Below are positions 9,572 through 19,222 of a DNA stretch of 64,000 nucleotides, one piece after another. This DNA comes from Candidatus Poribacteria bacterium (lineage in GTDB: Bacteria > Poribacteria > WGA-4E > WGA-3G): positions 1-64,000 of the forward strand of contig CBDBFU010000029.1 of NCBI GenBank assembly GCA_965205025.1. Reading direction: 5' to 3'. How positions within the stretch are numbered: position 1 is the first letter of the stretch; the number at the start of each line of letters is the position of its first letter. The notes below the pieces were generated by a model. That model was not told the origin of the DNA, searched no databases, and saw only the letters and a program-made list of their open reading frames with translations. The translations under genes were made by a program, and so were the position numbers.

Positions 9572-10684
9572 TTATTCAGAAAGTATTCGATTTCTGGCAG
9601 TAACTTCCCAGGTGTTCCTACAATATCCATCAGACTCTACTACATAATAAAATGGATGTAAAGCTACACAAGGACAGATATGTGTAGGACATACATATAT
9701 TTCTTGTCCGATTTTTAAACCTGAAGTATCGGGTATATTAATTGCCCAATGTTCTTCGTGTTGCTTATCCACCTCAGCGTTTTCGATATTTAATATCACC
9801 CCGCGTACACCATCGGGATCCGCTGCGATTGCTTTGTGTCCTAAATCAAGCGTAATTCTATGTGAAGTGGGAATACTGATAATACGACTGAGTAATAATG
9901 CAGCCGGGGTAAAACCTAAATCTGGATAACGATTTGTGTATCCGTAGTCATGAAAGACAAATGTACCTGGGGAAGCTTCTACATTGGGTGTTTTAGCATA
10001 GATAGGAAATGTTGGCGTTCCACCCATGACAATCAATGGTATAGGAAGTCCTTTAGCTGATAGTAAATCATTCATCTCTTTAACTTGATCGATGCTGTGT
10101 AGACAAGATTTAGCTCGGTCTTCTAAGTCTTCATCATGTATATGTCCGTCATAGACGTGTAAACCCCACGGTTCTACGCCTTCAGACTGATCAATAGTCT
10201 CATATACCTTAACTGCATCATCCCCAACAGGAACTCCAGACCGATGCATGCCGACATCAAGATCAAGCATGACTTTAATGTTCAATCCGTATCTTGTACT
10301 TTCAGACGAGAGTTCCTTTACAGTTGAGATATGGTCAACGATTACTTTAAAATCTGCTTGGGGATGTTGTCTCTGTAATGATACAAACCGCTTGATATTC
10401 GGACCTACCATTTGGTAAGCAATCAAAATATCTCCTATTCCGTTCTGGGCAAGCATATCAGCTTCTTTCAAGGTAGCACATTTATGCTTTAGAATTCCAG
10501 CTTCCCGTTCCATGACAACAATCTCCGATGTCTTATGTGTCTTTGCATGGGGTCGGAGTTTTGAAACATCTCCATCTACAATATCTATAGCACGTTGAAT
10601 ATTCATTTTAACTTGTTCAAGATAAACAATAAGGGTAGGACTTGGTATATTCTCAACGTTTTGTATTCGATATTTCTTATCCAC
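9572..10684 (-). CDS. D-threonine aldolase / DSD1-family PLP-dependent enzyme (fold type III)
   Basis: RPHAKTHK (PLP lysine), DLDVGMHRSG, HVYDGH, HEEH and PTHICP motifs. Confidence 0.9.
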   Translation of the reverse strand: MDKKYRIQNVENIPSPTLIVYLEQVKMNIQRAIDIVDGDVSKLRPHAKTHKTSEIVVMEREAGILKHKCATLKEADMLAQNGIGDILIAYQMVGPNIKRFVSLQRQHPQADFKVIVDHISTVKELSSESTRYGLNIKVMLDLDVGMHRSGVPVGDDAVKVYETIDQSEGVEPWGLHVYDGHIHDEDLEDRAKSCLHSIDQVKEMNDLLSAKGLPIPLIVMGGTPTFPIYAKTPNVEASPGTFVFHDYGYTNRYPDLGFTPAALLLSRIISIPTSHRITLDLGHKAIAADPDGVRGVILNIENAEVDKQHEEHWAINIPDTSGLKIGQEIYVCPTHICPCVALHPFYYVVESDGYCRNTWEVTARNRILSE

Positions 10685-10788
10685 GACTACCTCCAGTAGG
10701 CTTGGTAATGAAAAACATTAATCGTTTACAGTTCAAGAATATTCGTATAGTAAATGTATCAACACCATTTCATAAAATATCATCACAC

Positions 10789-11376
10789 CTATTGCCGACT
10801 ATTGAACTGGTTCATAGTTGTAAGAGCTCCTTCTGTGATAAATATCTCAACTGCATCTACGGCACGATCAACCGATTGCTTAATCAGAAGTTCTTCGTCA
10901 TCTGTAAATTCAGATAGCACATAATCCGTTAAGTTGCCTATAGGTTCCCCAATCCCAATCCTTAACCTTGGGAACTCATTTGAATCTAAGTGATATATAA
11001 TAGATTTCATGCCTTTTTGACCTCCATCACTCCCTTTCTGTCTAACGCGAATTATACCTATATCCAAATGGATATCATCGTAAATTATGCATACATCAGT
11101 AATTGAAAGATCGAGACAATTAACAAGTGCAGCAACAGCCACACCGCTGTTGTTCATGTAGGTCATAGGTTTTGCGAGAGTTACAGGGATCTGCTTCCAT
11201 TCTGCTTGAAAGACAAGTGATTGACATATAGATGTTGCACGTTTTGAAGTGGGTTGCCATTCACTTTCTTGGGATTTCATTTTATCATAAATAGTATCAA
11301 TTACACGAAATCCTATATTGTGTTTTGTATTTTGATACCGTAATCCAGGATTTCCAAGACCAACAATCAGTTTCAC
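10789..11376 (-). CDS. pth: Peptidyl-tRNA hydrolase
   Basis: LIVGLGNPG, HNIGF, KPMTYMNNSG, RLRIGIG and DYVLS motifs. Confidence 0.96.
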   Translation of the reverse strand: MKLIVGLGNPGLRYQNTKHNIGFRVIDTIYDKMKSQESEWQPTSKRATSICQSLVFQAEWKQIPVTLAKPMTYMNNSGVAVAALVNCLDLSITDVCIIYDDIHLDIGIIRVRQKGSDGGQKGMKSIIYHLDSNEFPRLRIGIGEPIGNLTDYVLSEFTDDEELLIKQSVDRAVDAVEIFITEGALTTMNQFNSRQ

Positions 11377-11406
11377 TGCTTCTCTCCAAAGGTGTTTCTA
11401 TAATAA

Positions 11407-11660
11407 TACCATTTCTATAAATGATTCTCCCATGATTAGGTGATATTTATGTCTTGAAATACTACACAAACTGGATGAAGATTAAAATAATAATTCGGTT
11501 CGGTGAATCAACGGTATGAACGCCTTTTGGCGTTCCCCGGGAAACCGAACCTACCAAGTTTGGGAAAACAGGAATTACCGAATTTAAAACTTAATCCTCA
11601 TGAAGTTTGTGCTACATTTAAGAGATTCTATAAATGAGATTTTAATTACCAGAAATGGTA
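11407..11660. mobile_element. Four-level nested repeat: TACCATTTCT-MITE > REP > ATGAAGATTAA-MITE (11475-11601) > hairpin element (11505-11538)
   Basis: Outer TIR TACCATTTCT/AGAAATGGTA. REP CACAAACTGG|GAAGTTTGTGCTAC is split by ATGAAGATTAA...TTAATCCTCAT, whose internal REP is split by GAATCAACGGTATGAACGCC...GGCGTTCCCC. Confidence 0.8.
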
Positions 11661-11670
11661 TAGCCTTATA

Positions 11671-12258
11671 TTAAAAGCGAAGAGGGTTGGAAATATCCAG
11701 ATGACCACCAAGTTTCTCTACCTCTTCACCATCAATTAGTATTTGAACATGTCTTATTTCATCAGGAAATGCTTCAAACACAGTATTGAGAATCGAGGAA
11801 ACTGTAATAACCTCTGCAGTAGTTCCTCCAATCTGTCCGTCAGCGAGATGATGTGAGAAATCTAAATAGGCAGTCATCTGGTTATCAATATAAATCTCAT
11901 TAAGTTTCGTGCCCTCAGGAATTGGATTCCTATAATTTGGACGAGTTTCATTAACTAATGCAGTAATAATCTGCTTCATTCGTACTGTTGGATCATGGAA
12001 GAGACGGAGTTCTACATATACCGCAATCAGTTCTGATAGAGTTGGATCAAAGAGGAACAATTTTACTTGTGAGGATGGTGGTAATTCGTCTGAAGTATTT
12101 GCTGTTTTTGGTAACACTGGCGGTGCATCTATGACTACTGTTTTCTTGGAATTAGAGATTAACAGCAACGTAACCGCAAGGGTAATTACGATTACGACTA
12201 AGGTAATTACCCATATAATAAATAGTCTGGAGTGTGTTATTCTACGTAAGATATCCAC
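11671..12258 (-). CDS. GerMN domain membrane-anchored protein
   Basis: N-terminal TM; IPEGTKL, AYLDFS, SILNT and VQILIDG motifs. Confidence 0.88.
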   Translation of the reverse strand: MDILRRITHSRLFIIWVITLVVIVITLAVTLLLISNSKKTVVIDAPPVLPKTANTSDELPPSSQVKLFLFDPTLSELIAVYVELRLFHDPTVRMKQIITALVNETRPNYRNPIPEGTKLNEIYIDNQMTAYLDFSHHLADGQIGGTTAEVITVSSILNTVFEAFPDEIRHVQILIDGEEVEKLGGHLDISNPLRF

Positions 12259-12276
12259 ATTAACATTGTATAGGAC

Positions 12277-13413
12277 TTATTCATCGACAGTCTTAGTATT
12301 ATCTTCAACCGATGTTGCATATAATTTTATAGAGCGTACAATAGACTTTGCCAAATTGGATATATAGTCAGGGTTGGATAGTTTAGTAGCATCATCAGTA
12401 TTAGATAGGTATCCAAGTTCCAACAAAACTGCAGGCATATATACATCAGCCAGTGCAATCATTGGAAATTCTTTGAGTGTAACCTGATCTTCAGTGAAGA
12501 AATTCAGTTCGTTTTGTAGTATAGTAGCATAATCTCGGCTTTGTTTTAGATAGTTGGCTTGGTTAAGAATGTAAATTCCTCTCTGTCCAATTACTTTTGT
12601 AATACCTGCCTTGGATCGGAGATGTCCGTTTGGATTATTAATGTATAAACGCATACCTTTATGATTTTCAGCATAGGATGCGTTACAGTGAAGACTGAGA
12701 AATAGTTGTCCTTGCTTTCTATTTGTAAATTGGACTCGTTGAATGCGGGTTTTATTAATATCTTGCTCTCTGGTTAGATGTACAATTAACCCATGTTGTT
12801 TACTAAGTGTTTGTATCTGCTTAGCTACAGCAAGGACAATCTCCTTTTCAACCATTCCATTTTGGCTTTTACATCCAATATCTTCCTCCCCACCATGTCC
12901 AGGATCAATTATAACAGTAAAATGTTTAACATCATCATCAGTATTTCCATCTTCAACAGTCTTGGGAATAATTCGAACACGTTGGAGATTAGGGTTGTAT
13001 AATACAACAACATCATCAAGAAGGTGTAGAATATTCTGAAAGAAATTTATAGGCAACATTGGTTGCCCTTGTATCACCCGTGGGGGAACATTAATTGGAA
13101 CATTCTTGTTATCAGAAACTATATTGACGGTATCAGATCCCATCCGTAAACGAATTTCCTTCCCTTTTGTTTTGAGAATAAGTTGTTTTTTTGGTAGATG
13201 GTAATTATAGGTCATCTCCGAATCGAAAACATCTTTTACCGTCTCAACCGGTAGATAGACAGAATTCTCATGAAGGACAGCTTCTACCTCTGCAATTATC
13301 TCTCCATTCATATTAACAAAACGCACGGTAGGTGCTTGCGCATAACCGTGCGTTTTAATAGAAATAATCAGAATGATATGTATGAGAAATAGGAAAGGAT
13401 AGGAGCGTAACAA
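12277..13413 (-). CDS. N-acetylmuramoyl-L-alanine amidase (Amidase_3) with N-terminal copper-amine-oxidase-like domain
   Basis: IIDPGHGG, EK, SLHCNAS and PAVLLELGYLSN motifs. Start moved to TTG 13413 because the longer ORF overlaps rplY. Confidence 0.88.
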   Translation of the reverse strand: MLRSYPFLFLIHIILIISIKTHGYAQAPTVRFVNMNGEIIAEVEAVLHENSVYLPVETVKDVFDSEMTYNYHLPKKQLILKTKGKEIRLRMGSDTVNIVSDNKNVPINVPPRVIQGQPMLPINFFQNILHLLDDVVVLYNPNLQRVRIIPKTVEDGNTDDDVKHFTVIIDPGHGGEEDIGCKSQNGMVEKEIVLAVAKQIQTLSKQHGLIVHLTREQDINKTRIQRVQFTNRKQGQLFLSLHCNASYAENHKGMRLYINNPNGHLRSKAGITKVIGQRGIYILNQANYLKQSRDYATILQNELNFFTEDQVTLKEFPMIALADVYMPAVLLELGYLSNTDDATKLSNPDYISNLAKSIVRSIKLYATSVEDNTKTVDE

Positions 13414-13423
13414 CGAATTATAG

Positions 13424-14137
13424 TTATTCTGCGTCTTCATCCTCGTCATCACGTCGTCTACGAATAAGTTCAGGTTCGGTTCTTTCCTCTTCGGCATCTT
13501 CAGCAGGTGTGCCTTCTTCACCTTCTTCACCTTCTTCGCCTTCTTCACCCTCTTCTTCTTCAACTACCTCTTCAACAATGACGCGAGGTTGACTGACTGA
13601 AACAATGACTCGTTGAAGTTCATCTAATAATTCAATTTCATCATCAAGTTCAATATCCTGTACATAAATAATATCACCAATCACCATCTCTGAAATGTCA
13701 ACAGTAATATCATTTGGCATTATGGAGGGTAGACAATTAAGTGTAAGATTTCTAAGTGGAAATTCGACAACTCCGCCTTCCTGTATGCCGACCGGTGTAC
13801 CCTCCAATATAATTGGAACAGTAGATGTTACCGGTTCATCTAAAGAAATGCGTATAAAATCGGCATGAAGCAAGAGTTGTTTTTCAACAGGATGGCGTTG
13901 TATATCTTTAATTATTACCGGTTCAGGATTACCTTGTGTGATTTCCATATTAATGATTACATTTTCACCATATGTTCGGAGAAAATGCTTGAAAGCCCGT
14001 TCATTAATTTGGATGGCAATAGATTCCTGTTTCCGTCCATATAGTACTCCGGGTATATCTCCTGCACGTCTTATAGCTTTTGCATTCTGTTTTCCGAATG
14101 TATCTCTTTGTTGTACATCTAGTTTTGCTTGTTGCAT
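13424..14137 (-). CDS. rplY: 50S ribosomal protein bL25 (Ctc form)
   Basis: IPGVLYG, IQRHPV, HADF, GTPVGIQEGG motifs; acidic C-terminal tail. Confidence 0.96.
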   Translation of the reverse strand: MQQAKLDVQQRDTFGKQNAKAIRRAGDIPGVLYGRKQESIAIQINERAFKHFLRTYGENVIINMEITQGNPEPVIIKDIQRHPVEKQLLLHADFIRISLDEPVTSTVPIILEGTPVGIQEGGVVEFPLRNLTLNCLPSIMPNDITVDISEMVIGDIIYVQDIELDDEIELLDELQRVIVSVSQPRVIVEEVVEEEEGEEGEEGEEGEEGTPAEDAEEERTEPELIRRRRDDEDEDAE

Positions 14138-14173
14138 TTTACCATTTAAACCTTTAAATCTGTGAATAAGAAA

Positions 14174-14245
14174 CAGGGCGGGTAGGATTCGAACCTACGC
14201 ATGCAGGTGCCAAAGACCTGTGCCTTACCGCTTGGCCACCGCCCT
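14174..14245 (-). tRNA. tRNA-Gln(TTG)
   Basis: Minus strand reads AGGGCGGTGGCCAAGCGGTAAGGCACAGGTCTTTGGCACCTGCATGCGTAGGTTCGAATCCTACCCGCCCTG: cloverleaf, GTTCGAATC T-loop, TTG anticodon, no encoded CCA. Confidence 0.95.
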
Positions 14246-15136
14246 TCAATTGTCAATAAATACCCCTATTGAACTGGTTTGTGTTATAGTACAGTAATTA
14301 ACTTTATTCTTGAAGTATGTCTCACATAGTTGGGCTGCAGATTTATCCTCCATCAATGCGAAGAGAGTTGCACCACTACCTGACATTAACACTCCTAAAC
14401 AACCTTCTTGATTTGATACCTCATTTTTTAATTCAGAAAGTTTGGGATAGTTTGAAAAAACTGGTATCTCAAGTAGATTGTATAGGTTTCCTGCAATTCC
14501 AAATATATCACCAGTTTCAAAGTAAGACTTAATAATTATACAGTTATTTCCACTTCTTGTCAAGGGAATGTTTAAATTTTCGAACACTGACTTCGTCGTG
14601 ATTTGTATTCCCGAATTTATTAGAACTATATATACATCTGTCAATGGAGGTAATGGATCTAAAATATCTCCTATCCCTGTTCCGAATGCTGCTCCACCAT
14701 GAAGACAAAAAGGAACGTCCGCCCCTAATTGTCGACCAATTTGTTTAAGAGCTTTATCTGATAGACCAAGATCAAATAGTTGATTGACACCGACAAGTGT
14801 TGCGGCAGCATTGGCACTACCACCTGCCAGACCTGCAGCAACAGGAATTCTTTTGTTTATATGAATGTCAATTCCACCAAAACCCCCAACTTTATCATAT
14901 AAGGATTGTGCGGCAAGGTATGCTAAATTCTGTTTGTCTGTTGGCACATCTGAATGTGTACAATCAACAGAAATCCCATTTTTTGCACGTTTGTTTATAA
15001 TCAGTTCATCATTCAGACCAATTGAATGAAATATCGTTTCGAGATTGTGATATCCATCTTGACGTTTACCAACAACGTCTAAGTATAGGTTTATCTTTGC
15101 GTTTCCGATTACCTTTATAGTGTCTGTAGAACTCAT
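14246..15136 (-). CDS. ispE: 4-diphosphocytidyl-2-C-methyl-D-erythritol kinase
   Basis: AKINLYL, KRIPVAAGLAGGSANAAA, GADVPF and MSGSG motifs. Confidence 0.96.
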   Translation of the reverse strand: MSSTDTIKVIGNAKINLYLDVVGKRQDGYHNLETIFHSIGLNDELIINKRAKNGISVDCTHSDVPTDKQNLAYLAAQSLYDKVGGFGGIDIHINKRIPVAAGLAGGSANAAATLVGVNQLFDLGLSDKALKQIGRQLGADVPFCLHGGAAFGTGIGDILDPLPPLTDVYIVLINSGIQITTKSVFENLNIPLTRSGNNCIIIKSYFETGDIFGIAGNLYNLLEIPVFSNYPKLSELKNEVSNQEGCLGVLMSGSGATLFALMEDKSAAQLCETYFKNKVNYCTITQTSSIGVFIDN

Positions 15137-16044
15137 TCAGGTGTATCTGATTTCTCAGGATCTGAAATATGTGTAATCTTCATATCATCATTTAAAAATG
15201 GCTCAAAATCAAAGTGACTATCATCGATATCTACATTTAAATGTACATCTGATATTTTGATTATTACACTTGTTTGTTTAAGTGGTCTTTCAATTTCAAC
15301 GATATTAGGTCTCAGTATGCCGTCTACTTCGCGATAACCAGAGAAAACTGCTCTTTGTTTAATAGTATCTTTAGAGTCCTTAACTACCCATTCAGTTACA
15401 CGTGGTTCGTTATTCTTTACTTGGACAGTGATGTTTTCTGTATGTTCTGCATCTAATCCGGGACGTGTAACAATAAAATGACCTCCTGAAGTCGTAACAC
15501 ACAATTCCTTAGTTCTACCATCAAGGAATGGATTTGCGAAAATGGCACTTAACACATCGGTTACGCGTAAATCTATACCAAATATCTCATGTAAGATACT
15601 ATCAGATAGTTTTCCGACGTAAACTTCTTGTTCATCAAGTAAGGCAAGGAGAAATTTTTTTCGGTTTGCTATTGCCACCCCTTTCGTATCAGTAAACCCT
15701 CCTAATGCTTGGATTCGAAGAAGTTCACTACCATCAGATGTTTTTTTATACCATAACATCTCATGTAATTCTTCAGGAGGAGAATCTGCTTCTTGAATCC
15801 TAACCATCATCTTGGTAGTTTTTAATGAACCTGTTAAGTCATACCGTTCCTGTAATGTTTGTAAGTGCGTAGAAAATTCGTCTGATAGTTCCGTAGAAAA
15901 TGAATCAGTGTTTGATGTAGTTACCACACATCCATTAAAGATAGTTACAACAAAAAGAGTCATCCAATAACAAATCAGTGCTATTGGATGATTGTCCTGC
16001 CAAGAACTTGAGGTGGTAACTTCTATATTGATCCGTTTATTCAT
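15133..16044 (-). CDS. Putative lipoprotein, LolA/LolB-like fold (DUF4292-like)
   Basis: Lipobox-like IFNG-C; beta-rich body ending ...FSGYREVDGILRPNIVEI...DVHLNVDIDDSHFDF. Occupies the lolB position upstream of ispE. Confidence 0.55.
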   Translation of the reverse strand: MNKRINIEVTTSSSWQDNHPIALICYWMTLFVVTIFNGCVVTTSNTDSFSTELSDEFSTHLQTLQERYDLTGSLKTTKMMVRIQEADSPPEELHEMLWYKKTSDGSELLRIQALGGFTDTKGVAIANRKKFLLALLDEQEVYVGKLSDSILHEIFGIDLRVTDVLSAIFANPFLDGRTKELCVTTSGGHFIVTRPGLDAEHTENITVQVKNNEPRVTEWVVKDSKDTIKQRAVFSGYREVDGILRPNIVEIERPLKQTSVIIKISDVHLNVDIDDSHFDFEPFLNDDMKITHISDPEKSDTPE

Positions 16045-17235
16045 TTAGTAAACCTGTGACATAGACTCTTCAACTATGTTCACTGCTTCTTCTACGTGAG
16101 CAGCATTAATATTCAAAGGTGGTAGGAATCGAAGTACATAGTCGTTTGTACAGATGGTAACCAGTCCATTTTCAATACATTTTGCTGCGAGTGGTTTAGC
16201 ATCTTCAGACATGACGAGACCTCGCAACAATCCTTTTCCACGTACTTCTTCAATTGGATATTTACCTTTTAGTTCCATTAGACCACCTGCCAGATAATTT
16301 CCCATTTTCACAGCGTTCACGGCAAGATTCTCATCAAGGATTGTTTTTACTGTTGCACAGGCAGCAGCAGATGATAAGAAATTACCTCCGAATGTTGCCG
16401 CATGTGTACCTGGAACAAAACTATCAGCCACCTTCTGTTTTGCCAACATTGCCCCTATAGGAACACCACTTCCTAATGCTTTTGCCATGGTAATTACATC
16501 TGGAACAACACCATAGCTTTGGTATCCAAAAAATGTACCTAATCTACCCATTGCTGTCTGAACTTCATCAAACATGAGTATCAGGTCATGTTGATCACAC
16601 AATTCACGTAAACCGTGTAGATAACCATCGCTGGGTATATTTACTCCACCTTCAGACTGAATTGGTTCAACTAATATAGCACAAGTCTTTGAATTCACAG
16701 CTGCGGCTGTTGCGTCAAGATCATCAAAAGGAACGTACTTAAAGCCTTCCAACATAGGTTCAAAACCAACGTGGTATCTTGGCTGTGCGGTTGCTGTGAT
16801 AGTAGCCATTGTGCGCCCATGGAATGAGTTATCCATGGTAATTATTTCATAAGCATCTGTTTTGCCATTATCTTTTGCGTATTTCCGTGCGATTTTTATT
16901 GCTGCTTCATTGGCTTCTGCCCCACTATTACAGAAGAAACATTGATCCATATCAGAATTATCAATCAACATTTTTGCTAATTCTGCTTGAGGATGGATAT
17001 AATAAAGGTTCGAGGTGTGCAATACATTTCCTGCTTGCTCACGAATTGCTTCTACAACTTTAGGATGCCCATGTCCTAAACCGTTAACAGCTAATCCACC
17101 TAAAAAGTCAAGATATTTCTTTCCATCTGCATCCCATAAGTAAGGTCCCTCACCTTTGACAAATGCAAGACTTCTGTCTCCATAGGTATTAATTATATAT
17201 TTTGTAGCCAACGATTTTATTTCGGCTGTATTCAT
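16045..17235 (-). CDS. argD: Acetylornithine aminotransferase
   Basis: NSGAEANEAAIK, SFHGRT, EPIQSEGG, DEVQT, TMAKALGSG and HAATFGGN motifs. Confidence 0.93.
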   Translation of the reverse strand: MNTAEIKSLATKYIINTYGDRSLAFVKGEGPYLWDADGKKYLDFLGGLAVNGLGHGHPKVVEAIREQAGNVLHTSNLYYIHPQAELAKMLIDNSDMDQCFFCNSGAEANEAAIKIARKYAKDNGKTDAYEIITMDNSFHGRTMATITATAQPRYHVGFEPMLEGFKYVPFDDLDATAAAVNSKTCAILVEPIQSEGGVNIPSDGYLHGLRELCDQHDLILMFDEVQTAMGRLGTFFGYQSYGVVPDVITMAKALGSGVPIGAMLAKQKVADSFVPGTHAATFGGNFLSSAAACATVKTILDENLAVNAVKMGNYLAGGLMELKGKYPIEEVRGKGLLRGLVMSEDAKPLAAKCIENGLVTICTNDYVLRFLPPLNINAAHVEEAVNIVEESMSQVY

Positions 17236-17259
17236 AAACTACTCCTTAAGTTTTCTTAA

Positions 17260-17997
17260 TACCAACTCTAATTGATTAGCTTACATTATTGGCATTAGGA
17301 AATAGTTATTTATTTCAAAGTTATTCCTATAGACATTCCGTCCCTACCAAATCAAGGAATCAAGAAATCAACGGTATGAATGTCATATGAAGATTAATTT
17401 TTAAATTCGGTAATTTTGGAGAAAGATCCCGTGCGGTTAGGAAACCGCACCTACCGGGTTTGGGAAAATTAGAATTACCGAAATATTTACTTAATCCTCA
17501 TTAGACATTCCCCGGGTATGAATGCTATTTAGCATTCCCTGGGTGTGAATGCCATTCAGGCATTCCCCGGGACTCAAAACCAATAAATCATAGTCTAAAA
17601 TTGACGCCTATGAATCAACGGTATGAATGCTATTTAACATTCCCCGTGGTTAGGAAACCGCACGATTAGCGTCAATTTAGATACACCTTTCGCCCCGCTG
17701 GGGCTTAGTGTTTAGGATTTGTACGTTTTCTACACACCTTTCGCCCCGCTGGGGCTTGGTATATTGGTGATAACGATTTCTATAAACATTCCGTCCCTAT
17801 GGGACTCAAGATAGTGGATAAACACGTTTTCTATAGACATTTCGTCCCTACCAAATCAAGGAATCAACGGTATGAACGACATTTAGTCATTCCCGGGTAT
17901 GAATGCCATTTAGGCATTCCCCGGGACTCATAAATGCGTATATGATAATCCTTGTTTCAGATAAGTCATAATGTAAACCTATAAATTGAAAATAGTA
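17260..17997. repeat. Composite nested repeat cluster (TACCAACTCTAATTGA-type MITE, REP hairpins, ATGAAG-MITE 17387-17501, hairpin elements 17348-17568, 17612-17645, 17852-17922)
   Basis: TAA flanks on both sides; multiple CGTCCCTACGGGAC and CGCCCCGCTGGGGC hairpins; segments shared with 32168-32879 and 40168-40368. Confidence 0.8.
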
Positions 17998-18050
17998 TAA
18001 CAAGACTTGGGAACAATACCATGAAATTGGATGTATATATTTTCTATTAT

Positions 18051-19184
18051 CTACCAATTTGTAAAAGATCCGTCATCTCGCGTATAACCGTATGGAGGTC
18101 CATATTCTTGTGATGTAACATTCGTAAGTGCATCTTCGTTGAATTCAATCCCTAATCCTGGCGATTCAGGTGGTAATAGATAACCTGATTCAAAAGGCAC
18201 TTGAACAGGAAAGACATCGGTTAGAGAGGACATTGGAGGACGTGGGAGTTCCTGTACACCTACTAATGGAGAAGATAGGCATAGATGTAAACATGCCGCA
18301 GTAGACACAGGACCCAGGGGATTGTGTGGTGCCAAATATATATAATGTGTTTCGCACCATCCAGCAATCTTCCGTGCTTCTGTTAGACCACCAGCAATAC
18401 ATAGATCTACTCGGCAAAAGTCTAATAATTCCTCTTCTATTGCTTCACGGAATTTCCATTTACTATCATATTGTTCTCCAACTGCAATAGGAACAGATGT
18501 TTGCTGACGGAGGCGTCTTAGACTTCCAGGATTTTCACTTCTGAGTGGATCTTCAATGAAGAATGGGTTGTATTGTTCAACTTTGTTGCAAAAATCGAGC
18601 GTATCTGCTGGATCTAAGCGAGTGTGGACATCAACAAGGATTTCAATATCATCTCCAAAAGCATCTCTAACAGCTTGTACTTGTTTTACTCCGTATTGTA
18701 CTGCCCGTCTTGGTTCAAATGTGTCACTCCCAGAACCATCAGCCAAACCCCATCTAACAAATTTCCAACCTGCTTCGTGAGTTTTTCGACAGTTCTCAAC
18801 AAGAGTCTCAGGTGTAGCACCTCCATTATGTGGATAACAGACGACCTTGTCTCTTGTGCGTCCACCTAATAGTTCATATACTGGAACATTCAGTGCTTTT
18901 CCTTTAATGTCCCATAAGGCTATATCTACTGCACTGACTGCTGCTGACTGAACAACACCCCCTGGAAAGAATCCACCTCGGAACATTACCTGCCATAGGT
19001 GTTCAATCTGGAACGGATCTGCACCGATAAGAAATGGTTCAAATGAACGTATTACCTCTGCTAATGCTAAGGAACGTCTGCGAATACCACCTTCACCTAC
19101 TCCATAAATACCTGTATCCGTTTCAACTTTAACAAAGAAATGACCTGCCTCTGAAACAAAGGATTTGACATTCGTGATTTTCAT
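18051..19184 (-). CDS. Mandelate racemase/muconate lactonizing enzyme family (galactonate dehydratase-like)
   Basis: SAVDIALWDIKGKALNVPVYELLGG, DVH, FIEDP, GE and APHNPLGP motifs. Confidence 0.9.
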   Translation of the reverse strand: MKITNVKSFVSEAGHFFVKVETDTGIYGVGEGGIRRRSLALAEVIRSFEPFLIGADPFQIEHLWQVMFRGGFFPGGVVQSAAVSAVDIALWDIKGKALNVPVYELLGGRTRDKVVCYPHNGGATPETLVENCRKTHEAGWKFVRWGLADGSGSDTFEPRRAVQYGVKQVQAVRDAFGDDIEILVDVHTRLDPADTLDFCNKVEQYNPFFIEDPLRSENPGSLRRLRQQTSVPIAVGEQYDSKWKFREAIEEELLDFCRVDLCIAGGLTEARKIAGWCETHYIYLAPHNPLGPVSTAACLHLCLSSPLVGVQELPRPPMSSLTDVFPVQVPFESGYLLPPESPGLGIEFNEDALTNVTSQEYGPPYGYTRDDGSFTNW

Positions 19185-19222
19185 ATATTTTCCAATCGAT
19201 TATATATAGATGTAATACGGAC

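Noticed and set aside
13414-13563. Lys-rich N-terminal extension of the amidase ORF (MKKKRVKKAKK...)
   Set aside because: It is an alternative-frame reading of the Glu/Gly-rich rplY tail.
17340-17930. CRISPR array (repeated GGTATGAATG...CATTCCCC units)
   Set aside because: At most three adjacent units; the variable part is a short self-complementary stem-loop rather than a ~30-nt spacer; no cas genes in the window.
17260-17997. Integron attC cassette array
   Set aside because: No GTTRRRY/RYYYAAC-bounded sites flanking ORFs and no integrase.
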